In this document: positions 17,590 to 26,967 of the stretch, in pieces
Numbering within the stretch: the stretch's first letter is position 1
Layout: each line of letters starts with the position of its first letter
Source: an uncultured Eubacteriales bacterium
GTDB taxonomy: Bacteria > Bacillota > Clostridia > Oscillospirales > Acutalibacteraceae
Direction of reading: 5' to 3'
NCBI GenBank assembly: GCA_964419515.1
Contig: CAYQPJ010000008.1
Coordinates: forward strand, 33 to 64,032
DNA length: 64,000 bases
Translations under genes and position numbers: made by a program
The notes under the pieces: generated by a model
The model's database searches: none
Seen by the model: the letters and a program-made list of their open reading frames with translations, nothing else
Told to the model about the DNA's origin: nothing

Positions 17590-20500
17590 ATGTCTTGTTA
17601 TTCAAAGCTACTTAAAAATTGCCCGGAATATCTTGATGTGTTACGGTATGTAAACGGCGGCGTTGCGCCATCGGGTATTTTGGGGCTTCCGCCCACGCCT
17701 AAGGCACATCTTATACATTCGCTTTGCGAGGATACCTCTCGCAGAGCTATTGTCATATTGCCCACAGAGGGTGCTGCCGCAAAGCTTTGCGCCGATATAA
17801 ACGAATTTTGCGGTCTCGGCAAAAAGGCCTATTTGTATCCCGCGAGGGATTATTCTTTCAATTCTCTTGAAAATCGCTCAAGGGAGTTTGAGCACTTGCG
17901 CCTTAAAACTCTTGCTAAAATCCTTGAGGGCGATTACAGCGTAATTGCGTGCTCTGTTGAGGCGGCAATGCAGCTTACCGTTCCGCCCGAGGCGCTTGGG
18001 TCGAGAGCGCTTACAATTAACGGCAACACCGTTATTACTCCGGAAAAGCTCAAAGCAATTCTTTTAAAGGCGGGTTTTTCAAGAGCGGATACCGTAGAGG
18101 GCACGGGTCAATTTGCCGTGCGCGGCGGTATTGTTGACTTTTTCCCAATAAATGCGGAGCTTCCCGTGAGAATTGAGCTTTGGGGCGACAATGTGGATAC
18201 AATTGCGGAGTTTGACCCTTCTACACAGCGAAGAACCGATATTATAGACGAGTGTAAAATATTGCCGGCTAATGAAATTCTCTTTGAAGACGACGTGGAT
18301 TTTAAAAATAAGCTTGGGTGTTTTATTGAAAATCTCTCGGGCAGAGGGTCAAAAAAGGCCAAGGAAAGCCTTCTTAAGGACCTCGATATGTTAAACAACG
18401 GCATAAAGCTCGGCTGTACCGATAAATATTTGTCGCTTGCTTACGACAAGCCCGCTTCGATTTTTGATTATTGCAAGGAGGATATGCTCTTTGTTTTAGA
18501 GAGCGCAGCTGTTAAGGACAGCGCAAAAAACACCGCTAAGCTTTTAAACGAGGAAATTAAGGCGCAATTTGAAAACGGCATTATAGCCTCGGGACTCGAC
18601 AGCTTCGCGTTAACGCCTGCACAGCTTTTTTCGCTTTACGAGTCACGAGGGGCATTTTATGTTGATTCGCTTCCGCGCGGAAGCTTTGACACTCCCGTTA
18701 AATCACTTACTACATTCAGTGTTCAGCAAACTCCGCTTTGGAACGGAACGCTGTCGGTGCTTCTTGACGATTTAAAGCCGGCTTTAAGAAGCGGCGTTAG
18801 ATGCATTGTAAATGCCGGCACGGAAAAAAGCGCAAAATCGCTTTGCGAGGCGCTTGAAAATGAGGATATAAGGGCACTTTATTTCGGCGTATTACCTGCT
18901 GAGTTTCCGCTTAAAACGGTTAGCGTAACAGCCGGTGGTGTTACAGGCGGCTTTACCTATCCGAAAGAAAAATTTACCGTAATAACCTACGGCAAGGCAA
19001 GCTCCGCTTCAAACCAAAAAAGACGTAAGGCGTTTAAGGCGGCAGATGCCATACAAAGCCTTGAGGAGCTTTCACGCGGCGATTATGTTGTTCACGCCTC
19101 CCACGGTATAGGCGTTTTTGAAGGTATTCAAAAAATGGAGGTCGGTGGACTTACAAAGGACTATATTAAAATAAAGTACGACAAGGGCGATGCGCTTTAT
19201 GTTCCCGTAACACAGCTTGACCTTGTTTCTAAATATATAGGTCCCGGTGAGGACAGCAAAAAAGTAAAGCTTTCGCGCCTTGGCGGTAAGGAATGGGAAA
19301 AAGCAAAGGCTCGTGTTAAATCCTCGGCAAAAAGTATGGCAAAGGAGCTTATTGCGTTGTATTCAAAAAGGCTCAAAATGCCCGGCTTTGCGTTCTCGCC
19401 CGATATTGATATGCAAAATGACTTTGAGCGCCGCTTTGAGTTTGAAGAAACGGACGACCAATTGCGTACCGTTGATGAAATTAAGCACGATATGGAAAAG
19501 CCGCACCCTATGGACAGGCTTCTTTGCGGCGATGTGGGCTTCGGAAAAACAGAGGTTGCCTTAAGAGCTGCCTTTAAGTGCATTGCCGATGGCAAGCAAT
19601 GTGCTATTTTGGTTCCGACTACTATTCTCGCTTTACAGCATTACAATACTATTTTAAGGCGTTTTGAGGGCTTTCCCGTTAATATTGATATGCTCTCTCG
19701 CTTTAGAAGCCCCAAGGAGGCACAGGCTGTTGTAAAAAAGCTTAAGCGCGGCTCAATTGATATAATAGTAGGCACGCACAGGCTCATTTCAAAAGATATT
19801 TCCTTTAAGGATTTGGGGCTTATTATAGTTGATGAGGAGCAACGCTTTGGCGTGGGGCAAAAGGAAAAGCTTAAGGAGCTGTACCCGACGGTTGACTGTC
19901 TTACGCTTTCCGCAACGCCTATTCCGCGAACTATGAATATGGCAATGTCGGGAATACGCGATATGTCTGTTATTGAAGAGGCACCGCTTGACCGATTCCC
20001 CGTGCAGACGTATGTGCTTGAGCACGATTGGGGGATTCTTGCGGAGGCTATGAAAAAGGAGCTTAGGCGCGGCGGTCAGGTTTATTACCTTTACAATAAA
20101 GTTGAAACAATAGAAAAAACGGCGGCAACCGTTAAAGAGCTTATTCCCGAGGCGAATGTAAGCGTTGCACACGGAAAAATGAGCGAGGATGAGCTTTCCG
20201 AGGTTTGGCGTTCGCTTCTTGAGGGCGAGACGGATATCCTTGTTTGTACAACAATTATAGAAACGGGCGTGGATGTTCCGAACGCAAATACCCTTATTAT
20301 TGAAAATGCGGAAAATCTCGGTCTTGCACAGCTTCACCAAATAAGGGGCAGGGTAGGGCGCTCTGCGCGCCGCGGCTTCGCTTATTTAACCTTTAGGCGT
20401 GACAAAAGCCTTTCGGAGGTTGCCACAAAGCGCCTTGAGGCGGTAAAGGAATACACGGAGTTTGGCTCCGGCTTTAAAATTGCAATGCGTGACCTTGAAA

Positions 20501-21126
20501 TTCGCGGTGCCGGTGACCTTTTGGGGGCACAGCAGCACGGTCATATGGAAAGCGTAGGATATGATATGTATATGCGCCTTTTGTCGGAGGCGGTAAGTGA
20601 GGAAAAGGGCGAAATACCACCGGATTCTCAAAAGGAATGCCTTGTAGACGTAAGAATGGATGCGCATATTCCGGAAAGCTATATCGAAAGTCTTCCGCAA
20701 CGCCTTGCAATTTACAAAAGAATTGCCGATATACGGACAAGTGAGGATGCCTCCGACGTTTTGGATGAGCTTATAGACCGTTACGGTGACCCGCCGAAAT
20801 CCGTTGAGGGGCTTATAAAAATTTCTCTTTTAAGAAATACCGCTTCAAAGCTCGGTATTTACGAAATAGGTCAAAAAGCCGACTCAATACTTTTGTATTC
20901 ACAGCTTATAGATATGCGTGCGGTTGGACTTTTGGGGAAATATATGCGCGGCAGAGTTATGGTTTCCGCAGGGAATAAGCCGTATATTGCAATTAAAAAG
21001 TTGCAAAAGCAAGAGCCGACGGAGGCTATAGAGGAGGCATTTGCGGTTATGCTACATTCAAAGGAGCTTGAAGAAAAAGAAAAGCTCGGACAAAATTCAG
21101 TTAAAAAAAGCGAAAGCGAGGAATAA
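17590..21126 (+). CDS. mfd: Transcription-repair coupling factor
   Basis: CarD-like domain (GDYVVHASHGIGVF), SF2 helicase motifs (GDVGFGKTEVA, DEEQRFG, TATPIPRT, QLHQIRGRVGR) and a TRG motif region. ATG 17590 was chosen within ORF 17518-21126. Confidence 0.95.
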   Translation: MSCYSKLLKNCPEYLDVLRYVNGGVAPSGILGLPPTPKAHLIHSLCEDTSRRAIVILPTEGAAAKLCADINEFCGLGKKAYLYPARDYSFNSLENRSREFEHLRLKTLAKILEGDYSVIACSVEAAMQLTVPPEALGSRALTINGNTVITPEKLKAILLKAGFSRADTVEGTGQFAVRGGIVDFFPINAELPVRIELWGDNVDTIAEFDPSTQRRTDIIDECKILPANEILFEDDVDFKNKLGCFIENLSGRGSKKAKESLLKDLDMLNNGIKLGCTDKYLSLAYDKPASIFDYCKEDMLFVLESAAVKDSAKNTAKLLNEEIKAQFENGIIASGLDSFALTPAQLFSLYESRGAFYVDSLPRGSFDTPVKSLTTFSVQQTPLWNGTLSVLLDDLKPALRSGVRCIVNAGTEKSAKSLCEALENEDIRALYFGVLPAEFPLKTVSVTAGGVTGGFTYPKEKFTVITYGKASSASNQKRRKAFKAADAIQSLEELSRGDYVVHASHGIGVFEGIQKMEVGGLTKDYIKIKYDKGDALYVPVTQLDLVSKYIGPGEDSKKVKLSRLGGKEWEKAKARVKSSAKSMAKELIALYSKRLKMPGFAFSPDIDMQNDFERRFEFEETDDQLRTVDEIKHDMEKPHPMDRLLCGDVGFGKTEVALRAAFKCIADGKQCAILVPTTILALQHYNTILRRFEGFPVNIDMLSRFRSPKEAQAVVKKLKRGSIDIIVGTHRLISKDISFKDLGLIIVDEEQRFGVGQKEKLKELYPTVDCLTLSATPIPRTMNMAMSGIRDMSVIEEAPLDRFPVQTYVLEHDWGILAEAMKKELRRGGQVYYLYNKVETIEKTAATVKELIPEANVSVAHGKMSEDELSEVWRSLLEGETDILVCTTIIETGVDVPNANTLIIENAENLGLAQLHQIRGRVGRSARRGFAYLTFRRDKSLSEVATKRLEAVKEYTEFGSGFKIAMRDLEIRGAGDLLGAQQHGHMESVGYDMYMRLLSEAVSEEKGEIPPDSQKECLVDVRMDAHIPESYIESLPQRLAIYKRIADIRTSEDASDVLDELIDRYGDPPKSVEGLIKISLLRNTASKLGIYEIGQKADSILLYSQLIDMRAVGLLGKYMRGRVMVSAGNKPYIAIKKLQKQEPTEAIEEAFAVMLHSKELEEKEKLGQNSVKKSESEE

Positions 21127-21129
21127 AAA

Positions 21130-21384
21130 ATGCATTTTGATTACAAAACAAAAGGAACCTGTTCAAGAACAATAAGCTTTGACCTTGAGGACGGCATTGT
21201 GAAAAATGTCAGCTTTGAGGGCGGCTGCAACGGTAACCTTAAGGGCATTTCCGCTCTTTCCGAGGGCAAAAAAGCCGAGGAGCTTATAGGCGTTTTAAGC
21301 GGCATTAAGTGCGGCTTTAAAAACACCTCCTGTCCCGACCAGCTTTCATGCGCTCTTAAGGCGGCACTTGCGGAGGAAAAATAA
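21130..21384 (+). CDS. TSCPD-domain small protein (TIGR03905-type, four conserved Cys)
   Basis: 84 aa. YKTKGTCSRTISFDLEDGIVKNVSFEGGCNGNLKGIS...GIKCG.KNTSCPDQL is characteristic of this uncharacterised family. Confidence 0.75.
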   Translation: MHFDYKTKGTCSRTISFDLEDGIVKNVSFEGGCNGNLKGISALSEGKKAEELIGVLSGIKCGFKNTSCPDQLSCALKAALAEEK

Positions 21385-22082
21385 TGAAGCTTCTTTTGTT
21401 AATTGCCGATATAGACGAGTTTAAGCCGTTTAAAAACAGTGTTTCGGATTATATTACCGAGGAGCTTACAGTTTTTAAAATGCCTGCCTTTAAGCTTTTG
21501 TATAAGAAAATTGAGGTTACGGCTGTTTGCTTCGGAATAGGTAAGGTAAATGCCGCAACGGGCGCATCACTTGCGCTTTTAAGCGGTGAATACGACGGCG
21601 TTATAAATACCGGCTGGAGCGGTGCTGTTTCGGGCGTTGCAAAGGGCGATGTTATTGTTGCCGAATCCTGCGTTGAGTGTGACTTTGACCTCAGTGCAAT
21701 AGGTAAGGCACTCGGTGAAAAGCCGGGTCAGGAATATGTTTACAGTACAAAGGGCTTTTTGTTTGATGCGGTTAAAAAGGCAAATGACAGTCGAGAAAGC
21801 GGAAAATATAAGCTCGGAGCCTTGGGAACAGGTGACTTTTTCCTTTCCGATAAGGAAAAGGCAAGGCTTTATAAAAGCCTATTCGGCATAAAGGCGTTTG
21901 ATATGGAAAGTGCCGCAATAGCATCTGTTTGCCGTGTTCTTGATGTGCCGTATTTAAGCATAAGAAAAATTTCCGACAGCGCAGACGATGCCGCGCCGTC
22001 GGATTATAAGGAAAGTCTTTTTTGTGACGGTAACGCCAATGTGTTCGGCGATATTGTTTTCGGAGTTCTTAATTCACTGTAA
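21384..22082 (+). CDS. PNP_UDP_1 family nucleosidase, MTA/SAH-nucleosidase-like (divergent)
   Basis: FGIGKVNAA, GWSGAV and FDMESAAIASVC resemble MtnN/Pfs motifs, but the N-terminus is atypical. TAATG overlap with the TSCPD gene. Confidence 0.6.
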   Translation: MKLLLLIADIDEFKPFKNSVSDYITEELTVFKMPAFKLLYKKIEVTAVCFGIGKVNAATGASLALLSGEYDGVINTGWSGAVSGVAKGDVIVAESCVECDFDLSAIGKALGEKPGQEYVYSTKGFLFDAVKKANDSRESGKYKLGALGTGDFFLSDKEKARLYKSLFGIKAFDMESAAIASVCRVLDVPYLSIRKISDSADDAAPSDYKESLFCDGNANVFGDIVFGVLNSL

Positions 22083-22108
22083 TGAGTTGACATATTTGTC
22101 TATATAAA

Positions 22109-22181
22109 CCGCAGAGATTAAGTCTGCTTAATTTGCGGCGGCGATTCACGGGCACCCTTGCCACCGCCGCACACTGCGGTA
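22109..22181. terminator. Branched (Y-shaped) stem-loop between convergent genes; possibly a bidirectional terminator
   Basis: Outer stem ACCGCAG/CTGCGGT encloses GATTAAG-tctg-CTTAATT and GCGGCGG...GGCA-ccct-TGCC...CCGCCGC. A weak U-tract is present only on the minus strand. Confidence 0.35.
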
Positions 22182-22231
22182 AAGCTCATTACCATACTAT
22201 GCCCGAGAACCTAATGTGTGTTAAACGATTA

Positions 22232-23197
22232 TTATATCTTCCCGTCAAAAAACGCATCCTTAAACCATACGTTTTTTACCGTGAATTCTTTATTGTTTAA
22301 GTAATTTAATATGCCCGCATCGGTTGAAAAATCGAAAACAAGCTTGTAGGAGTACAAAAACTGCTTTTTGTAACCGCCGAAACGCTTGTTTTCTTTATTT
22401 GTGCCGTATTTTCCGTCACCTAAAAGCGGATGACCGTAAAAGGCAAAGTGCGCACGTATTTGGTGGGTTCTGCCGGTTAAAAGCTCAACCTCCACAAGCG
22501 AAAGTCCGTTTTTAAAGCCGAGCACGCGGTATTTTGTGGAAATATCCTTGTCACTGCTGCCGCTGCCCTTTTTAACGTATACTCTGTTTTGAGACTCGTT
22601 TTTTTGAAGGCTGTCCTTTAAAATTCCCTGCTCTTTTGGGAGCTTTCCTATTACAACGCAAAGGTAAAGCTTGTGAAGCTCGCGGTTTTTAAGCTTTTCG
22701 TTTAATATTCTCAAGGAGTCGGCATTTTTTGCGGCGATAATAATACCCGACGTGTTGCGGTCAATTCTGTTTACGAGTGCCGGCGAAAAGGACATTTCAT
22801 CCTCGGGTGAAAATTCGCCCTTTTCGTAAAGGTAGCGCTTAATTCTCGTAATAGCCGTGTCCACATATTCACCCTCATCGGGATGCGAAAGAAGCCCGGC
22901 GGGCTTGTCTAAAAGAAGGAGGTTTTCATCCTCGTACACAATGTTAAGGCTTTTTCCCGCGCCCAAAAAGTCGTATTTCGGCGTTATCGGCTCAAAGAAT
23001 TCATCATTTATATAAAGGGAAATTATGTCGCCTTCCGAAAGTTTATATGAAATATCGGCGCGCTTTGAATTTACCTTTATTCGCTTACTTCTTATGTATT
23101 TGTACATAAGCGACTTCGGAATAAGCGGAAATGCTTTGCTTATGTATTTGTCAAGTCGCTGACCGGAGTCGTTTTTATTTATAACGAATTCTCTCAT
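22232..23197 (-). CDS. RluA-family 23S rRNA pseudouridine synthase (RluD/RluC-like) with N-terminal S4 domain
   Basis: LLLLDKPAGLLSHP, VNRIDRNTSGIIIAAKN and GRTHQIRAHFA motifs. Confidence 0.9.
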   Translation of the reverse strand: MREFVINKNDSGQRLDKYISKAFPLIPKSLMYKYIRSKRIKVNSKRADISYKLSEGDIISLYINDEFFEPITPKYDFLGAGKSLNIVYEDENLLLLDKPAGLLSHPDEGEYVDTAITRIKRYLYEKGEFSPEDEMSFSPALVNRIDRNTSGIIIAAKNADSLRILNEKLKNRELHKLYLCVVIGKLPKEQGILKDSLQKNESQNRVYVKKGSGSSDKDISTKYRVLGFKNGLSLVEVELLTGRTHQIRAHFAFYGHPLLGDGKYGTNKENKRFGGYKKQFLYSYKLVFDFSTDAGILNYLNNKEFTVKNVWFKDAFFDGKI

Positions 23198-24099
23198 CTG
23201 TCTGAAACCTCCCTTTTAATATCCTCAAGCTTTTTAAAACGCCTGCTTACACCGGAGCGTGAAATAGGCGGCGTCATAAGCTTGCCGAGGGCATCAAGAG
23301 AAAGGTCGGGATTGTCAAGACGTAAGGTGCAAAGCTGCGCCAAGTCCGGTGTCATATCGGAAAGGCTTATTTTACTTAATACCTCGTTTATTAAATCTAT
23401 TTGGATAATTCCCGTATTGATTGTTCTTGAAAGGTTTGCCGCTTCAAAGTTCATTCGTCGGTTTATTTGATTTTTTACGGTTTTGTAGGCGCGCGTTTCC
23501 ATCATGGAAAAGAATGCGGCGTTTGCGCCCATTGCACCTATATAATCCTCAATTGTTTCGGCTTCCTTGCAATAAAGCACAAAGCCGCTTGTTCGCATAA
23601 GCTTTTTTGCCTTGAGTCCCGCTTCCTCGATAACTTTTAAAAGGTCATCGCAAAGCTTGAGCTTCGGTATATTAAACTCAAGGTGATAGTCCTTTTCGGG
23701 GTTTGTTATGCTTCCGCACGCGAGAAATGCGCCGCGAATAAAGGACTTAAAGCAGCACTCCTCGTCATTATTTTCAAAATTTGAAAAATTAATTCTTAAA
23801 GCAAGCTCTTTTCCCGTGTAGCCGAAAAAGGAAAGGAGCTTTTTTCTGTCAACGGAGCTTTCTATGCGAACCTTATAATTTCCCGCTTTTGTGCAGGTTA
23901 TTATCGGAACTATGCCCGTAAGCATCCTTACGGTGTCGCAATAGCGCATGGCAACGCATTGCTGCTCGGTTAAAAAGGAAATTTCCGCAAGCGAAAAGCT
24001 TCTGCCGAAAACGAGAAGCCCGAAGGCCTCCGCCTTCAGGCAACACTGCGTGGGTGTAACAGAGCAAAGCTCTGTTTTTATATCTGCTGAAAATGACAT
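23194..24099 (-). CDS. whiA: DNA-binding sporulation/cell-division regulator WhiA
   Basis: MSFSADIKTELC start, LAGLIDADG-like middle domain, C-terminal HTH (SRSGVSRRFKKLEDI). ATG at 24099 was chosen instead of the ORF start at 24129. Confidence 0.9.
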   Translation of the reverse strand: MSFSADIKTELCSVTPTQCCLKAEAFGLLVFGRSFSLAEISFLTEQQCVAMRYCDTVRMLTGIVPIITCTKAGNYKVRIESSVDRKKLLSFFGYTGKELALRINFSNFENNDEECCFKSFIRGAFLACGSITNPEKDYHLEFNIPKLKLCDDLLKVIEEAGLKAKKLMRTSGFVLYCKEAETIEDYIGAMGANAAFFSMMETRAYKTVKNQINRRMNFEAANLSRTINTGIIQIDLINEVLSKISLSDMTPDLAQLCTLRLDNPDLSLDALGKLMTPPISRSGVSRRFKKLEDIKREVSDR

Positions 24100-24103
24100 C
24101 GTT

Positions 24104-25027
24104 TTATATGCTCCTGACCTCCGGCTCAAGCATTATACCTGTTTTTCTGAAAACATCCTGCTTTACAAGCTCAATGAGTGTCTTTATATCATCGGTTGAT
24201 GCGTTGTTGTAATTGATAATAAAGCCTGCGTGCTTTTCGCTAACCTTTGCACCGCCGAAGGAAAAGCCCTTTAAGCCGCACTGCTCTATAAGACCGCCGG
24301 CAAAATAGCCCTTCGGTCTTTTAAAGGTACTGCCGGCGCTCGGATATTCAAGCGGCTGCTTTTCGCGTCGCCTTGAAATTAAGTCGTCCATTTTTGCTTT
24401 AATATCCTCTTTCGGCGCTTTTTTAAGCTTGAAATACGCGCCCGTTATAATAAAGCCGTTTTCTTCATATGCCGAGTGACGGTATGAAAATTTAAGTTCG
24501 TCTCCCGAAAGCTCGCCTGCTCCTCCGCATTTATCAATATGGCAAACGCGTGCCGCAACGTCCTTCATTTCGCCGCCGTAAGCGCCGCCGTTCATAAACA
24601 GAGCGCCGCCGCAGGTACCGGGTATTCCGTAAGCAAATTCAAGCCCCGAAAGACTGTTTTCAAGTGCGAATTTGCAAAGCGCCGAAAGCTTTACGCCTGC
24701 ACCGCAAAAAACCGTTTCTTCATCTGCGAGGTAAAGCTCGCAAAGACCGTCGGCGATGCGTATTACGGTGTACTCTGTACCGTAGTCGGAGACCAAAACA
24801 TTACTTCCGTTGCCCAAAATCGTAAACGGCAAGGCTTTTTCTTGGAAATATTTTACAATTTCGGAAAGTGCTTTTTCGGTTTTAGGCGTTATTAAAATGG
24901 GGCATTTTCCGCCTGTTTTAAAGGTAGTATAATTTTTAAGCGAGGCGTTTTTTAAAAATGTGCAGTCAATAGTCTTTAAAAATTCTTCAAGCTCGCTGTA
25001 ATCGTGTTTGATAAAAATCACCGTCAA
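24104..25027 (-). CDS. murB: UDP-N-acetylenolpyruvoylglucosamine reductase
   Basis: LKNYTTFKTGG, GNGSNVLV, FKRP and GGAKVSEKHAGFIIN motifs. The start codon is uncertain (TTG at 25027). Confidence 0.9.
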   Translation of the reverse strand: MTVIFIKHDYSELEEFLKTIDCTFLKNASLKNYTTFKTGGKCPILITPKTEKALSEIVKYFQEKALPFTILGNGSNVLVSDYGTEYTVIRIADGLCELYLADEETVFCGAGVKLSALCKFALENSLSGLEFAYGIPGTCGGALFMNGGAYGGEMKDVAARVCHIDKCGGAGELSGDELKFSYRHSAYEENGFIITGAYFKLKKAPKEDIKAKMDDLISRRREKQPLEYPSAGSTFKRPKGYFAGGLIEQCGLKGFSFGGAKVSEKHAGFIINYNNASTDDIKTLIELVKQDVFRKTGIMLEPEVRSI

Positions 25028-25971
25028 TCGTCAAGTAATGCCGCACCTATAATGCCTGCATCGTTTGCAAGCTCTGCGGGAACTATTGCGGTTTGCTTTT
25101 TGGAGTGCTTGCTGTAGCGCTCCGAAGCGACAAATGCGCGAATGGGCCTTAATATTTTTTCGCCCTGTGCGCTTATGCCGCCGCCTACGCAAACCATATC
25201 GGGCTGAAGTGCGTTTATGATGTTTGTAATGCCTACGGCAACAAAGTAAAGATATCTGTCAATAACGTTCTTTGCCGTTTCGTCGCCGAGGTCGAGTGCG
25301 GCAAAAATTGTTTTGCCCTCTACCTTGTTAAGGTCGTTGTCGCAAGTTTTCCAAAGAAGGCTTTCTTTGTTTGTTTGCATAGCCTCAACCGCCTGTGAAA
25401 TAAGTGCGGGTGCCGAGGCGTATTTTTCCCAGCAGCCGCGTCTGCCGCAGTTGCATTGAATACCGTCAACGGAAATTACCATATGACCCATCTCACCGCC
25501 GCAATAGTTTACACCGCGAACGAGTTTTCCGTCAACGATTATTCCGCTTCCGACGCCTGTTCCGAGCGTTACGGCAACAAAGTTTTTAACCCCGTTACCG
25601 CAACCCGCAACTGCCTCACCCAAGGCGGCGCAGTTTGCGTCGTTTTCAAGATAAACCGGCTTTCCGAGCCTTGATTCAAGCATTTCTTTTGCGGGGACAT
25701 TATTAAAGTTAAGGTTGTTTGCAAATTCGATTTCGCCCGTTTCCTTGTTTACGGAGCCGGGTGTGCCTATGCCCACGGAAACAACCTCCGAGTAGTCAAT
25801 TCCCGCGTCCTTAACGGCAAGCTCAACAGCCTCCTTTATGGAATCGAAAATTTCCGCTGCCGGGCGCGGCGCATTTGTTTTTACCGTACCTCTGCCGATA
25901 ATGGCGTTGTTTTCGTCAACAATACCGGTGGCAATATTAGTGCCGCCTAAATCTACACCTATTCTGTACAT
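25024..25971 (-). CDS. ROK-family glucokinase
   Basis: GVDLGGTNIA, ENDANCAALGE and the zinc motif HMVISVDGIQCNCGRRGCWE. Confidence 0.85.
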   Translation of the reverse strand: MYRIGVDLGGTNIATGIVDENNAIIGRGTVKTNAPRPAAEIFDSIKEAVELAVKDAGIDYSEVVSVGIGTPGSVNKETGEIEFANNLNFNNVPAKEMLESRLGKPVYLENDANCAALGEAVAGCGNGVKNFVAVTLGTGVGSGIIVDGKLVRGVNYCGGEMGHMVISVDGIQCNCGRRGCWEKYASAPALISQAVEAMQTNKESLLWKTCDNDLNKVEGKTIFAALDLGDETAKNVIDRYLYFVAVGITNIINALQPDMVCVGGGISAQGEKILRPIRAFVASERYSKHSKKQTAIVPAELANDAGIIGAALLDD

Positions 25972-26004
25972 ATTATTTTACCTCCGAGAAATATTATTTA
26001 AAAA

Positions 26005-26967
26005 TCAATCCCAAAATTCAAGCTCTTTGGAAACAGCATCGGCATCATCCATTCCGAGCTGCTGCATAAGCTCATTGGCGGCATTGTAGCCGAGCTTTTT
26101 TTGACGGTTGTTCATTGAAGCTATTTCCACTATAATAGCAAGGTTTCTGCCGGGCTTTACGGGAACAACCGTTGCGGGGACCTTTATTCCGAGAATTGTT
26201 GTGTATTCATCCTCAATGCCGAGCTTGCCGTAATTTTTTTCGGGATTCCACTGTTCAAGCTGAATTACAAAATCTATTTTTTCCGTAAGCTTAACGGCGC
26301 CTACTCCGAAAAGCGTTCTTGCATTTACAATGCCTATTCCGCGAAGCTCCATAAAATGCCTTATGTTTTCGGGCGCGGAGCCCACAAGCGTTTTTGAAGA
26401 AACGCGCTTTATCTCAACGGCATCGTCTGCTATAAGGCGATGACCGCGCTTTATAAGCTCAACTGCGGTTTCGCTTTTTCCTACGCCGCTGTCGCCTAAA
26501 ATGAGTATGCCCTCGCCGTAAACCTCAACAAGAACACCATGACGGGTAATGCGCTCGGCAAGCTCAACCTCAAGGTAGGCTATTATGGTTGCCATTATCA
26601 AAGAGGTCGGCTCGGCAGTTCTTAAAAGCGGAACGCCGTATTCCTTTGCTTTTGCTATGAACTCCTCGGGAACCTCAAGGCTTCTTGTCAAAATAACGCA
26701 CGACGGGTGAAGTCCGAAAAATTTATTGAGTCTTTCGCTTATTGTGTCGCTGTCAAGGGTTTTTAAGTAGCCCATTTCGGCAAGCCCCACAAATTCTACG
26801 CGCTCTTTGTCAAAGTAGCCGTCGTAGCCTGCAAACAAAAGACCGGGACGGTTTACATCCTGAGAGCATATTATAATTTCGTTGTCGGGAAGGTCGGGCA
26901 TAAAAAGAATTTCAAGGGAATTGTCGCGTGCCACCTTTGATACGGTGACGGAATATTTTGAGCTCAA
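26005..26967 (-). CDS. hprK: HPr kinase/phosphorylase
   Basis: HGVLVEVYGEGILILGDSGVGKSETAVELIKRGHRLIADDAVEI plus a C-terminal signature. TTG start lies 7 nt after AAGGAGG. Overlaps the upstream gene's stop. Confidence 0.95.
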   Translation of the reverse strand: MSSKYSVTVSKVARDNSLEILFMPDLPDNEIIICSQDVNRPGLLFAGYDGYFDKERVEFVGLAEMGYLKTLDSDTISERLNKFFGLHPSCVILTRSLEVPEEFIAKAKEYGVPLLRTAEPTSLIMATIIAYLEVELAERITRHGVLVEVYGEGILILGDSGVGKSETAVELIKRGHRLIADDAVEIKRVSSKTLVGSAPENIRHFMELRGIGIVNARTLFGVGAVKLTEKIDFVIQLEQWNPEKNYGKLGIEDEYTTILGIKVPATVVPVKPGRNLAIIVEIASMNNRQKKLGYNAANELMQQLGMDDADAVSKELEFWD

